Of a DNA stretch of 34,019 nucleotides, positions 9,859 through 17,521 are shown piece after piece. The position numbers and the translations under genes were made by a program. Location: the NCBI GenBank assembly GCA_964435355.1, contig CAYSYL010000004.1, forward strand, positions 1-34,019, read 5' to 3'. Below the pieces are notes generated by a model. The model did not search any database. It was not told where the DNA came from and worked only from the letters and a program-made list of their open reading frames with translations. The first letter of the stretch is position 1, and each line of letters starts with the position of its first letter. Origin of the DNA: an uncultured Candidatus Peribacteria bacterium (GTDB lineage Bacteria > Patescibacteriota > Gracilibacteria > UBA1369).

Positions 9859-10913
9859 TTTTGATTGGTTAATTCAAACATTTTTTGAAGGGCACGAGCG
9901 GCTTGTGCCCGAATCTTTTCAGGAATTTGTATAGTTTGGACTTCCGTCGGATTTGTAAGAGCCTGCCGTATATTGACGAGGGTGTTCATTTTCATATAGG
10001 GGCAAAGTCCGCACATGCCGATAAACTCTTTGTCCGGCATTTCCACCCGCATCCGTTCCGACATGCCACATTCTGTGACTAACATGTAGGAAGGCGCTTT
10101 ATTTTTCTTGATGTAGTGAATCATTCCTTCTGTTCCTCCCACAAAATCCGCGCTATCGGCTACTCCCGGAGGACATTCCGTGTGAGCCAGGACTTTTAAT
10201 CCGTTATGAATCCTTCGAAATGACACTATTTTTTCCGCCTTGAAATCTTCGTGGACGATACAATGGCCTTTCCAGGTTATAAGTTTTTTTGAAGTTTGAG
10301 CCTGAAGGTTTTTGGCCATGAGCTCATCCGGCAAGAATATTATTTCTTTCGAAGGCAACGATTCAATAATTTTTAGCGCATTTGAGGAGGTGCAACAAAC
10401 ATCTGATTCGGCTTTTACTTCCGCTGAGGTGTTCACATAGGTTACCACTGGAAGGCCGGGATATTTTTTTTTCAAATTTCTGACATCCTTTGCCGTAATG
10501 GAGTCGGCTAAAGAGCAGCCTGCTTGAACCGCCGGTAAAATAACCGTTTTAGTGGGATTAAGTATTTTTGCCGTTTCTGCCATGAAACGAACCCCGGCAA
10601 AAATAATGGTATCGACTTTCGTTTGCCTGGCTTTTTCACTGAGCTGGTACGAATCACCCACGAAATCGGCCACTCCATACATTATGTCGGCCGTTTGATA
10701 GGAATGAGCCAAAATAATAGCATTTTTTATTTTTTTTAGCTTGTTGATTTCCAATGTAAGTGGGGCGATGATTTGGCAGTAGCCTTCGTTAAAACCGACA
10801 TTTTGGAGTTTTTTGTGAAGACGCAACGTCTCTTTTTTTATCAGAGCCGTTGAAAATTGACCGGCTTTTTGTCGTATACGAAGAGGGGTTGTTTTCTGAA
10901 CTTTACTTGGCAT
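9855..10913 (-). CDS. nadA: Quinolinate synthase
   Basis: NadA motifs ILAHSYQ, DFVGDSYQLS, FAGVRFMAETAKILNP, VTYVNTSAEVKA, HTECPP and CPYMKMNTL. The ORF-track start at 10961 lies inside an intrinsic terminator hairpin, so ATG 10913 (MPSKVQKTT...) is preferred. Confidence 0.92.
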   Translation of the reverse strand: MPSKVQKTTPLRIRQKAGQFSTALIKKETLRLHKKLQNVGFNEGYCQIIAPLTLEINKLKKIKNAIILAHSYQTADIMYGVADFVGDSYQLSEKARQTKVDTIIFAGVRFMAETAKILNPTKTVILPAVQAGCSLADSITAKDVRNLKKKYPGLPVVTYVNTSAEVKAESDVCCTSSNALKIIESLPSKEIIFLPDELMAKNLQAQTSKKLITWKGHCIVHEDFKAEKIVSFRRIHNGLKVLAHTECPPGVADSADFVGGTEGMIHYIKKNKAPSYMLVTECGMSERMRVEMPDKEFIGMCGLCPYMKMNTLVNIRQALTNPTEVQTIQIPEKIRAQAARALQKMFELTNQK

Positions 10914-10945
10914 TAAAATTTTTGATGGATGCAGGCCGACTGTAA

Positions 10946-10980
10946 CAAAAAAGGCTGCCAAAGGAAAGATTTGGCAGCCT
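10946..10980 (-). terminator. Rho-independent terminator (minus strand) 33 nt upstream of the nadA start
   Basis: Minus strand reads AGGCTGCCAA-atctttcct-TTGGCAGCCT followed by TTTTTG. This is a 10-bp GC-rich perfect stem plus a T-tract. Confidence 0.65.
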
Positions 10981-11107
10981 AAGAGCCTGTCTGAAAAGGT
11001 CTCTTCCTTCGTTGAAAATTAAAAAGCAGCTCACCGTATTTGTGAATACGGCTCGCTTTGCTTTTTAATTTTCGCCTTGTAATAGGCCTTTTCAGACAGG
11101 CTCTTAG
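10979..11107. repeat. 129-bp nested imperfect palindrome (21-bp and 15-bp perfect arm pairs plus a 7-bp apical stem)
   Basis: ctaagagcctgtctgaaaagg (10979-10999) is the exact reverse complement of 11087-11107. gaaaattaaaaagca (11014-11028) is the exact reverse complement of 11059-11073. The apical stem is ccgtatt/aatacgg (11034-11040 / 11045-11051). The two perfect stems are separated by non-complementary 14/13-nt segments. Confidence 0.8.
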
Positions 11108-11123
11108 ATTTATTGGGAATATT

Positions 11124-11804
11124 TTACCAAAACCTCAATTTACTTACTTTATCTGTTACTGCAGAAGCTGCTCTACTCAACCAGCCCCCACTTTTCTTTT
11201 TCGAAACCTCATTATGTAATTCTGCTCTTTGCGCTTCGTTATTATTTTTCATATAAGAGGGTTGCGGGGTATTATACGGGGCTTCATTGTAAGTGACGGG
11301 CCTTGCTCCATACACTGCTTTTTCTTTTTCGGCAATATCATGGAGGTAAGCCTGGGCTGTGTAACGGCGAAGTATGTGATTTGTGCTTAATTCCTGCATA
11401 GTTATCCTTTCCCCTCCCTTATGTCCGAGTTCATCATTGTATCTCCTTAACCAATCTGGATCTGTTTGCATCATTTCATTTAAGGCATTCATCCATTGGT
11501 CCCGATCTGCTTTTGTATTTAGAACTGGATGAAAATTTTGTCCTTTAAAAGCATTTATTGTTGATTGGTCAAAGGTTTCCGTATGGGGCTTGCCTAACAC
11601 AGAAGATTTGCCAAAAACTTCTATTGCTTGACTTGCAATATCCTGAAGTGCCGATGCCACTTCATTCTTTGGATTTAACCCAATATCGTCTGTCAATTCT
11701 GACATGTCGGCTTCAACCGATTGAGCTTGAGCTACATATTTTGTATTTTCATAATATCCTTTGCTTGTTTGCTCAGAGCTATATTTATGGTAATTAGTTT
11801 GCAT
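11124..11804 (-). CDS. Hypothetical protein (no recognisable family)
   Basis: 226-aa ORF that fills the gap between flanking genes. It is hydrophilic with a basic C-terminus (SKKKSGGWLSRAASAVTDKVSKLRFW). I recognise no motif in it. Confidence 0.55.
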   Translation of the reverse strand: MQTNYHKYSSEQTSKGYYENTKYVAQAQSVEADMSELTDDIGLNPKNEVASALQDIASQAIEVFGKSSVLGKPHTETFDQSTINAFKGQNFHPVLNTKADRDQWMNALNEMMQTDPDWLRRYNDELGHKGGERITMQELSTNHILRRYTAQAYLHDIAEKEKAVYGARPVTYNEAPYNTPQPSYMKNNNEAQRAELHNEVSKKKSGGWLSRAASAVTDKVSKLRFW

Positions 11805-11990
11805 TTATTGTTTTGGTTAAGTTTATGAAGTTTTCACTATAGCAAACTCTTGCATTTTGTCAATATTCTGTTTTATTCTATTTATTTGTGCTTCACTCGT
11901 CAACTTTATTCCTGCCGGTGCCTTGATTGCATATTTTCCGGTTACCATTAATAATGGTGATGTCTTCTTTTTATTACTAAATTTTATTGT

Positions 11991-12815
11991 ATGGCTACCA
12001 TTACCGTTGGAAATGAGTCAACTCTTAAAAAGTTTTCCAAAAGATTCGTACAAGTGATCATTGCTATTTTTGTGGTCGTTATTCTTTTGAATCTTTCAAC
12101 TTTTTTTATCGTTATCGCTCCGAATGAACGCGGTATTTTAGTACAACTTGGAAGTATTCAAGCGGTTTATGACCCGGGTTTGCACTTTCAAATTCCTTTT
12201 GTCACCAATGTGGTAGTTTTAGATGTTCGAACTCAAAAAAGTCAAAGTGAAGTGAACGCGGCTTCCAAGGATTTGCAGTCTATCCGGACGGTTGTGGCTC
12301 TTAACTATCACATCGATCCAAAAAATGTCGACAAGCTTTATCGCCAGATTGGACGGGATTATGAAAACAACATTATCAATCCCGCCATTCAGGAAAGTGT
12401 CAAAGCTGCTACGGCCCAGTTTACCGCTGAAGAGCTTATTACTAAGCGACCACTCGTCAAGGAGGAAATTAAAGCAAAACTTTCGGAAAGGCTCGGGACT
12501 TCCTTCATCATTATTGACGAATTTTCTATCGTTGATTTTAATTTTTCTGAAGAGTTTAACCGCGCTATTGAATCCAAACAAACGGCTGTGCAGCAGGCGT
12601 TGAAGGCTGAAAATGACCTCAAACGTATTCAAATTGAAGCTCAACAACGAATTGAGACGGCAAAAGCCGAGGCTGAGTCAATTCGTATACAAGGAGAAGC
12701 CCTTCGAGAGAATCAGGGATTGGTCCAGCTTAAAATGGCGGAAAAATGGAACGGGGTTCTGCCGGTCTATATGATGGGAGATAGCGTGCCTCTCGTGAAT
12801 TTATTGGGCCACTAA
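11991..12815 (+). CDS. SPFH/band-7 (prohibitin/HflC-like) membrane protein
   Basis: N-terminal TM helix (VQVIIAIFVVVILLNLSTFFIVI), then an SPFH core (PNERGILVQLGSIQAVYDPGLHFQIPFVTNVVVLDVRTQ) and a C-terminal coiled coil (AENDLKRIQIEAQQRIETAKAEAESIRIQGEA). Confidence 0.88.
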   Translation: MATITVGNESTLKKFSKRFVQVIIAIFVVVILLNLSTFFIVIAPNERGILVQLGSIQAVYDPGLHFQIPFVTNVVVLDVRTQKSQSEVNAASKDLQSIRTVVALNYHIDPKNVDKLYRQIGRDYENNIINPAIQESVKAATAQFTAEELITKRPLVKEEIKAKLSERLGTSFIIIDEFSIVDFNFSEEFNRAIESKQTAVQQALKAENDLKRIQIEAQQRIETAKAEAESIRIQGEALRENQGLVQLKMAEKWNGVLPVYMMGDSVPLVNLLGH

Positions 12816-12831
12816 TTTTCGATAGTATTGT

Positions 12832-13728
12832 ATGAGCGAAGAGTTTTTTTTTCTTTTTGAAAGGTGTCTTGAGTCGCGGCGAGAGTTTATTTCGAAGAAC
12901 AAGCTGGAAGCATGGAGGCTTTACAGTTTTGAAGAGGCCATGCTTCCCGCCGCTATCGATATTTATAAAGATGACGCTGTCATTCATCTTTTTGATGATA
13001 TGGCATGGGTTGAGCATGAGTTTATCGAATCGGCTCTTAAAAAATTACTTTCCATTCAAAATTTTTTCTATAAAAACAGGACGAAACGGCCCATCCATTT
13101 GCCAGAAAGGAGTACGCGATCATTTGTTCTTTCAGAAAATGACCATAAATTTTTGGTAAACTTATCGGATTATTTAGATACCGGACTTTTTTTAGACCAT
13201 AGAGAATCCCGTCAATGGATTCAAAATCTCAGCAAAAATAAGATCGTTTTGAATCTTTTTGCCTATACCGGTTCGTTCAGTGTGTATGCCGCTGCTGGCG
13301 AAGCGCTTAAAACCTACAGCGTCGACCTTTCCAAAACATATTGTGACTGGATGAGAAAAAATATGGATCTCAATGGATTTCCACCTGAGCAGCATTGGAT
13401 TTATAAAATGGACTCTTTTGAGTTTTTACGTTATGCCAAACGGAAAAATTTGAGTTTTGATATCATCATTATTGATCCTCCTACTTTTTCCCGGAATAAA
13501 GGTGCAACGTTTCATGTGCAAAAAGACCATGTGAACCTTTTACAGCAGGCGAATGAGGTTTTGGCTCCGGATGGCTTTGTCCTCTTTTCCAATAACTTCC
13601 AGGATTTTCGGCTTCACGAAAAAGAGTTGAATAACTTTCAGATTACCGAAAAGCTGGATTCGATTCCATTGGATTTCAGTTTTGGGCCAATTCCCCACCG
13701 ATGCTGGGTGCTTCACAAAATTTCCTGA
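12832..13728 (+). CDS. Class I SAM-dependent rRNA methyltransferase, RlmI/RlmK(YcbY C-terminal)-like
   Basis: SAM-binding motif I VLNLFAYTGSFSVYAA, acidic motif SVDLS, and catalytic motif IV IIIDPPTFS. Confidence 0.78.
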   Translation: MSEEFFFLFERCLESRREFISKNKLEAWRLYSFEEAMLPAAIDIYKDDAVIHLFDDMAWVEHEFIESALKKLLSIQNFFYKNRTKRPIHLPERSTRSFVLSENDHKFLVNLSDYLDTGLFLDHRESRQWIQNLSKNKIVLNLFAYTGSFSVYAAAGEALKTYSVDLSKTYCDWMRKNMDLNGFPPEQHWIYKMDSFEFLRYAKRKNLSFDIIIIDPPTFSRNKGATFHVQKDHVNLLQQANEVLAPDGFVLFSNNFQDFRLHEKELNNFQITEKLDSIPLDFSFGPIPHRCWVLHKIS

Positions 13729-13772
13729 TTATTTGGAGCTTTTTTTGTTCTTTTGTATACTGAGTCCGATTC

Positions 13773-13846
13773 GCGATAGTGGTTCAATGGTAGAATGCGG
13801 CCTTCCCAAGGCCGAGACGGGGGTTCGATTCCCCTCTATCGCTCCA
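13773..13846 (+). tRNA. tRNA-Gly (anticodon CCC), CCA encoded
   Basis: Hand-folded cloverleaf. Acceptor stem gcgatag/ctatcgc. D arm gttc-aatggta-gaat. Anticodon arm cggcc-ttCCCaa-ggccg. T arm ggggg-ttcgatt-cccct. Discriminator U, then CCA. Confidence 0.92.
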
Positions 13847-13902
13847 TATCCCCCCTAAGTGTTAGAGCTTTTTCGGCCTATTTCCAAGTTCATCCGGGAA
13901 AA

Positions 13903-14264
13903 TTATGAATCCACCAGATGCTTCGATTTCTGAATAGGTAATAAGCTGTTGTGTTCCTGTTGGATCAAGAAGAGCGAATCCCCCTCTTCATGAAAAAGAT
14001 TAACGGCTTTAAGTTCTTCCAGTTCATCAAGGGTTATCATGACAACTCCCAGGTCATCTACGTCTCTTCGAGTGAGCGGGATTGCTTGATCTTCATAGAA
14101 GACTTCCTGCAAGAAATAAAAGAGCGTTTGATAACGCGGCAGAACTTTTTTTCGGCCATTTCAGTAAAAAATTTTATTAATTGACTTTCAAAAATATCAT
14201 TTCCATAAGGATGTAAGAGCGGATCATTTTTAACGTCTGCTTGTCCTCCTACTATTTCAGTCAT
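13903..14264 (-). pseudogene. Small gene of unknown function split into two overlapping ORFs (14058-14264 and 13903-14112) at an A7 run
   Basis: The two minus-strand ORFs lie in different frames. One extra A in the A7 run (plus-strand T7 at 14146-14152) would join them into one 120-aa product: MTEIVGGQADVKNDPLLHPYGNDIFESQLIKFFTEMAEKKVLPRYQTLFYFLQEVFYEDQAIPLTRRDV... Confidence 0.5.
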
Positions 14265-14377
14265 TATTATTTAATTAAAAAATTTATTCTTTTTATTGGA
14301 TTATAAAAAAGTTGTTTGTAATACCTTCCTTTATCTTCCGTTCTTATCTTCTGGTATTTTATTTTTTTACTTTTTTT

Positions 14378-15124
14378 ATGCGTCGTTCGTTTATCATTAC
14401 TTTCATGGCTTTTACCTTAATGGGGATAGTTTTAGCCGGCTGTCAGCCGGTGGAAAACACCAAAGTTTCGGAAACCGTTGTAACGCCTTCTCGTGAAACG
14501 GGTGTTACTACTGCCACTTCCAAACCAAATCTTCAAGAAAATGCTTCAGAAACTGAAGCTGAAAAAGCCGTGAAGAAGTTAGGAATCACCACAGCTTTAC
14601 CGAATGGGACGGTTGATGAAGGGTTTAATCTTGGAAGTGTTATGGGTGAGTTTTCTGTCCTCGGCAAGACCGTCAAAATTCCTCCAGCACTCATGAAATG
14701 GATAGAAGGACGTCAGGAAAGAATCTCACAATTTACGCTTCCTTCCTATGACTCGATGTATTTCGTTTCAACGACTTCAGATCTTTCAGTTCAGCCGTCG
14801 GATAATGTTAATCGGATATATCTCTTCGATCCGAAGGCAGCAACTCTGACACTTTTATACGAAGAAAAGAATGAGCGAATTTTACGTTTGATTGGTCGTG
14901 ATGGGTCAAAACTCCTTGTTTTCGCAGATTTTATCGATAAGTCTCCTGGGCCTTGTGCTATTACTTGGCTGATGAATAATTCCACTACTCCTATCATGGC
15001 TTTGGAACTTACTGACACTAAAGCGGGAATTCAGGCGTATACGGTTCCTGCTGCCCAAATGGAGAAGGCTAAAAAAGATGAATTAGACTGCCGAAAAGAA
15101 AGTGGGCTTCTGATAGAAGAATAA
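14378..15124 (+). CDS. Putative lipoprotein of unknown function
   Basis: From ATG 14378 the product starts MRRSFIITFMAFTLMGIVLAGCQP, which is a lipobox (LAGC). The ORF-track start at 14312 would add an implausible Phe-rich extension. Confidence 0.7.
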   Translation: MRRSFIITFMAFTLMGIVLAGCQPVENTKVSETVVTPSRETGVTTATSKPNLQENASETEAEKAVKKLGITTALPNGTVDEGFNLGSVMGEFSVLGKTVKIPPALMKWIEGRQERISQFTLPSYDSMYFVSTTSDLSVQPSDNVNRIYLFDPKAATLTLLYEEKNERILRLIGRDGSKLLVFADFIDKSPGPCAITWLMNNSTTPIMALELTDTKAGIQAYTVPAAQMEKAKKDELDCRKESGLLIEE

Positions 15125-15142
15125 AAGTTAATAATAATTCCT

Positions 15143-15175
15143 AAAAAAGCTCACGGTATATAAGTGAGCTTTTTT
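15143..15175. terminator. Bidirectional rho-independent terminator between convergent genes
   Basis: aaaaaagctcac-ggtatataa-gtgagctttttt. A stem flanked by an A6 run and a T6 run can terminate transcription from both strands. Confidence 0.7.
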
Positions 15176-15216
15176 ATTGTCCCCTAAAGCTGCTTTAATT
15201 ATTACCATACGTTTTA

Positions 15217-15696
15217 TTACTCCACCTGGACTTTCAGTTGTTTTTTACCACCCTGCTCTTTTTTAGGAATGGTTATCATAAGGGTGCCGTTTTTAGCTTT
15301 ACAAACAGCTTTTGAGGTATCGAGATAATCCGGGAGCGGTATTTCTCTATAAAACTCACCAAAAAATCTTTCTCGCCGATAATATTTCTTATCTTTCTCC
15401 TCTCTTTCGTCTTCTGTTTTCCCCTTAAGTATTATGGATTGAGTTCCTATTTCAACTTCCACTTTATTCGGATCGTATCCTTCTATGCTTGCCTCTACAA
15501 TCATATCTTTTTCATTTTCCGCAACATCTATGCGAGGAAAAGTACTGTTGAGAGAAGATAAAGTTTTAGTATTAAAAAAAGTATCAGGAAAAATCCCTAG
15601 TGGATCTGTCCAGTCGTTGAAAAAGCGGTTCATGAGACTTTCAAATGGAACTACCTGACGACCCTGGTCGTCATGAATGCGTCGTATAAGCTTCAT
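15217..15696 (-). CDS. Small heat-shock protein, Hsp20/alpha-crystallin family
   Basis: Alpha-crystallin domain: PRIDVAENEKDMIVEASIEGYDPNKVEVEI ... RRERFFGEFYREIPLPDYLDTSKAVCKAKNGTLMITIPK. Confidence 0.92.
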   Translation of the reverse strand: MKLIRRIHDDQGRQVVPFESLMNRFFNDWTDPLGIFPDTFFNTKTLSSLNSTFPRIDVAENEKDMIVEASIEGYDPNKVEVEIGTQSIILKGKTEDEREEKDKKYYRRERFFGEFYREIPLPDYLDTSKAVCKAKNGTLMITIPKKEQGGKKQLKVQVE

Positions 15697-15727
15697 AAGG
15701 ATTTGGGTTAAAGGATAGAAATGCTAA

Positions 15728-15754
15728 TTAGCACTCACTATTATAGAGTGCCAA
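15728..15754. promoter_or_regulatory. CIRCE element (HrcA operator)
   Basis: TTAGCACTC-actattata-GAGTGCCAA, compared with the consensus TTAGCACTC-N9-GAGTGCTAA. There is one mismatch. The element lies 32-58 nt upstream of the hsp20 ATG. Confidence 0.85.
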
Positions 15755-15768
15755 TCCTTTCGGGTCAA
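15740..15768 (-). promoter_or_regulatory. Sigma-70-type promoter of hsp20
   Basis: Minus strand reads TTGACC (15768-15763), a 17-nt spacer, then TATAAT (15745-15740). The -10 hexamer lies in the CIRCE spacer. Confidence 0.7.
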
Positions 15769-15854
15769 GGCTTTTTTCTCTTAAAAAACTATCACTAAGG
15801 CTCCTCTTTTTTTGATGAGAGTGTAAAAATACTTACCATTCAAAAAAACTATCC

Positions 15855-16118
15855 TTATGATCGCCCTGTCGTTTTGAAATAGTACCCGAGAATAAATCCC
15901 AGTGGCGTTCCTATCGCTAAGAGATAATCTTTAGCTACCTGCTCTGACAGCTGAAAGAAAGCAGAAAGGGAAATCAGTAACAGAAGCAGAAAAAGATAAC
16001 TGGCTATAAAAACGAGCGCAATAATGTTACGCGTGTTTTCTGTCCGTTCATTACGGGTAATAGCCGTTTTTTGAGCGGGGACTATTGTATCGAATATCTG
16101 TATTTTTTCTGGTGCCAT
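15855..16118 (-). CDS. Small two-TM membrane protein, unknown function
   Basis: 87-aa ORF with two hydrophobic helices (IIALVFIASYLFLLLLLISLSAFF and LLAIGTPLGFILGYYF). It starts 8 nt downstream of the preceding small ORF. Confidence 0.5.
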   Translation of the reverse strand: MAPEKIQIFDTIVPAQKTAITRNERTENTRNIIALVFIASYLFLLLLLISLSAFFQLSEQVAKDYLLAIGTPLGFILGYYFKTTGRS

Positions 16119-16125
16119 GGGATGA

Positions 16126-16386
16126 TTATAATTTTTTAATATCTATTTCCATGCAATCTTTATCCCGTTCAACGTACAATTTTCCTCCCTGCGATATGTC
16201 GATGAGGTGGAGGCCTTTTACGAGGACATTTCCCATTTTATCTTCCGGGATATTCAATACTTTTGCCATTTTTTTTAGCTTATCGAGTGCTTCATGGCGA
16301 AAAACAACGCAAAATTCGTGATCGCTAGTATCGGTATTGTTTTTATAATCGTCGTTCATTTTGGAAATTTTGTATGGGGTCATCAT
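16126..16386 (-). CDS. Small soluble protein, unknown function
   Basis: 86-aa ORF, co-oriented with and tightly spaced to the membrane ORF. No motif recognised. Confidence 0.5.
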   Translation of the reverse strand: MMTPYKISKMNDDYKNNTDTSDHEFCVVFRHEALDKLKKMAKVLNIPEDKMGNVLVKGLHLIDISQGGKLYVERDKDCMEIDIKKL

Positions 16387-16510
16387 ACCCTTTTTCTTCT
16401 CTAGAGGAACTTATTATTGTGACATTTTAATGACATTTATGGCCAGCTCTTCACTTTTTATAAAGATTCGGAGTATAAGTCTATGTTAATTATTTAATGA
16501 CAGAGATTAT

Positions 16511-17104
16511 ATGACAAAAAAATGGGAAGAGATCGAAGGAGCTGTTGATACTTATTTCCAGAATTTGGATGGACACGGACTTCGCTCTCCCGCTTCTCCC
16601 CGTGCCCCTACTTTACCAACTCCTCACATTGAAGGGAGGGCTATCGGGGTGGCTGTCAGGGCTGCTTTAGAGAGTCAAGAGGGTGATCGAATATCTTCTC
16701 TTCCGGAATCAAAAGTGGGGACTTCTCCTGAAGCCCGGGATATGGTTATTTTTTTTGATTTGCTTCACCATGCGGCACTTCACTCAGAGGCAGGAGAATT
16801 TTTCGAAATATTTAAACGTGAAATAATCCAACCCCATTCGGGGGCATTGATGCGTTCCTTGGCCCTGGGAAGAAGCCAACGATTTTTTCCATTACTAACA
16901 GGAAGGGCTTTTATGTTTCAACCTCCGGGAGCTTTAGAGCCAAGTGAATATCATGTTTTGCCCTTCTCCGAGCAAACGTATCATCCCACTGACTTGTCTG
17001 ACCCTGGAAGAGTTTTTGTACAAACAAGAGCAAAAAATTCACCGATCGGACGACGTATTGCCGTTAATCTTTATAATGTTTTTAAGGGGTTGCTTCCCCT
17101 TTAG
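16511..17104 (+). CDS. Hypothetical protein (Pro/Arg/Ala/Gly-rich N-terminal half)
   Basis: 197-aa ORF. It ends at a TAG that is in frame with the next ORF. Confidence 0.5.
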   Translation: MTKKWEEIEGAVDTYFQNLDGHGLRSPASPRAPTLPTPHIEGRAIGVAVRAALESQEGDRISSLPESKVGTSPEARDMVIFFDLLHHAALHSEAGEFFEIFKREIIQPHSGALMRSLALGRSQRFFPLLTGRAFMFQPPGALEPSEYHVLPFSEQTYHPTDLSDPGRVFVQTRAKNSPIGRRIAVNLYNVFKGLLPL

Positions 17105-17521
17105 TTGTTCCTCTTTTTAATATTATTGTGGCTCGAAGATCAGGTCCAGACAGATGAAATTGAGAAAAGATGGGATGAAGAAAAGAAAGCGGTAGAAGAC
17201 TTACTCTTACACCTTTTCGATATAGCCCAAGAGGGGGATGAAGATCGATTTATTGATGAATGGGAATTATGCAGGGCTCAAGAAACAACAAGAAATGCTT
17301 TATTAAAACACCTGCCTTCAAGTTTTCATTTTTATAAAGACAAGGTTCTTTATGATGTTTCGTTTTGTACTGCTTTAGAACTTTTTCCATACGGGGAAGA
17401 TATAGCTTCTCCGGTTATACGAGGCATGCCGGTTATTGAAGGAAAAATCCTTGATTCTGCTAAAGGAATTGAAATTTCACTTTTTGAAGCACTTGGCGGT
17501 ATACTGCCCCGTAATGTATAA
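17105..17521 (+). CDS. Hypothetical protein, or the continuation of the preceding ORF across an in-frame TAG
   Basis: It lies in the same frame as 16511-17104. The only candidate starts near its 5' end are TTG codons (17105, 17126), with no convincing Shine-Dalgarno sequence. There is no in-frame ATG until near the C-terminus. Confidence 0.4.
   Translation: MFLFLILLWLEDQVQTDEIEKRWDEEKKAVEDLLLHLFDIAQEGDEDRFIDEWELCRAQETTRNALLKHLPSSFHFYKDKVLYDVSFCTALELFPYGEDIASPVIRGMPVIEGKILDSAKGIEISLFEALGGILPRNV

Noticed and set aside
9855-10961. Long N-terminal extension of nadA (start at 10961)
   Set aside because: The extension would begin inside the terminator hairpin at 10952-10980. ATG 10913 gives a normal NadA N-terminus.
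10962-11123. Class I NAD+ riboswitch (nadA motif) upstream of nadA
   Set aside because: The known motif consists of two tandem bulged stem-loops with conserved C-rich internal loops. Here there is a single long hairpin with perfect 21-bp and 15-bp arms, and I can find none of the conserved nucleotides.
11857-12057. 66-aa plus-strand ORF overlapping the start of the SPFH gene
   Set aside because: It lies in the promoter/5' region of the SPFH gene and overlaps it out of frame. Its hydrophobic, low-complexity sequence is typical of AT-rich spurious ORFs.
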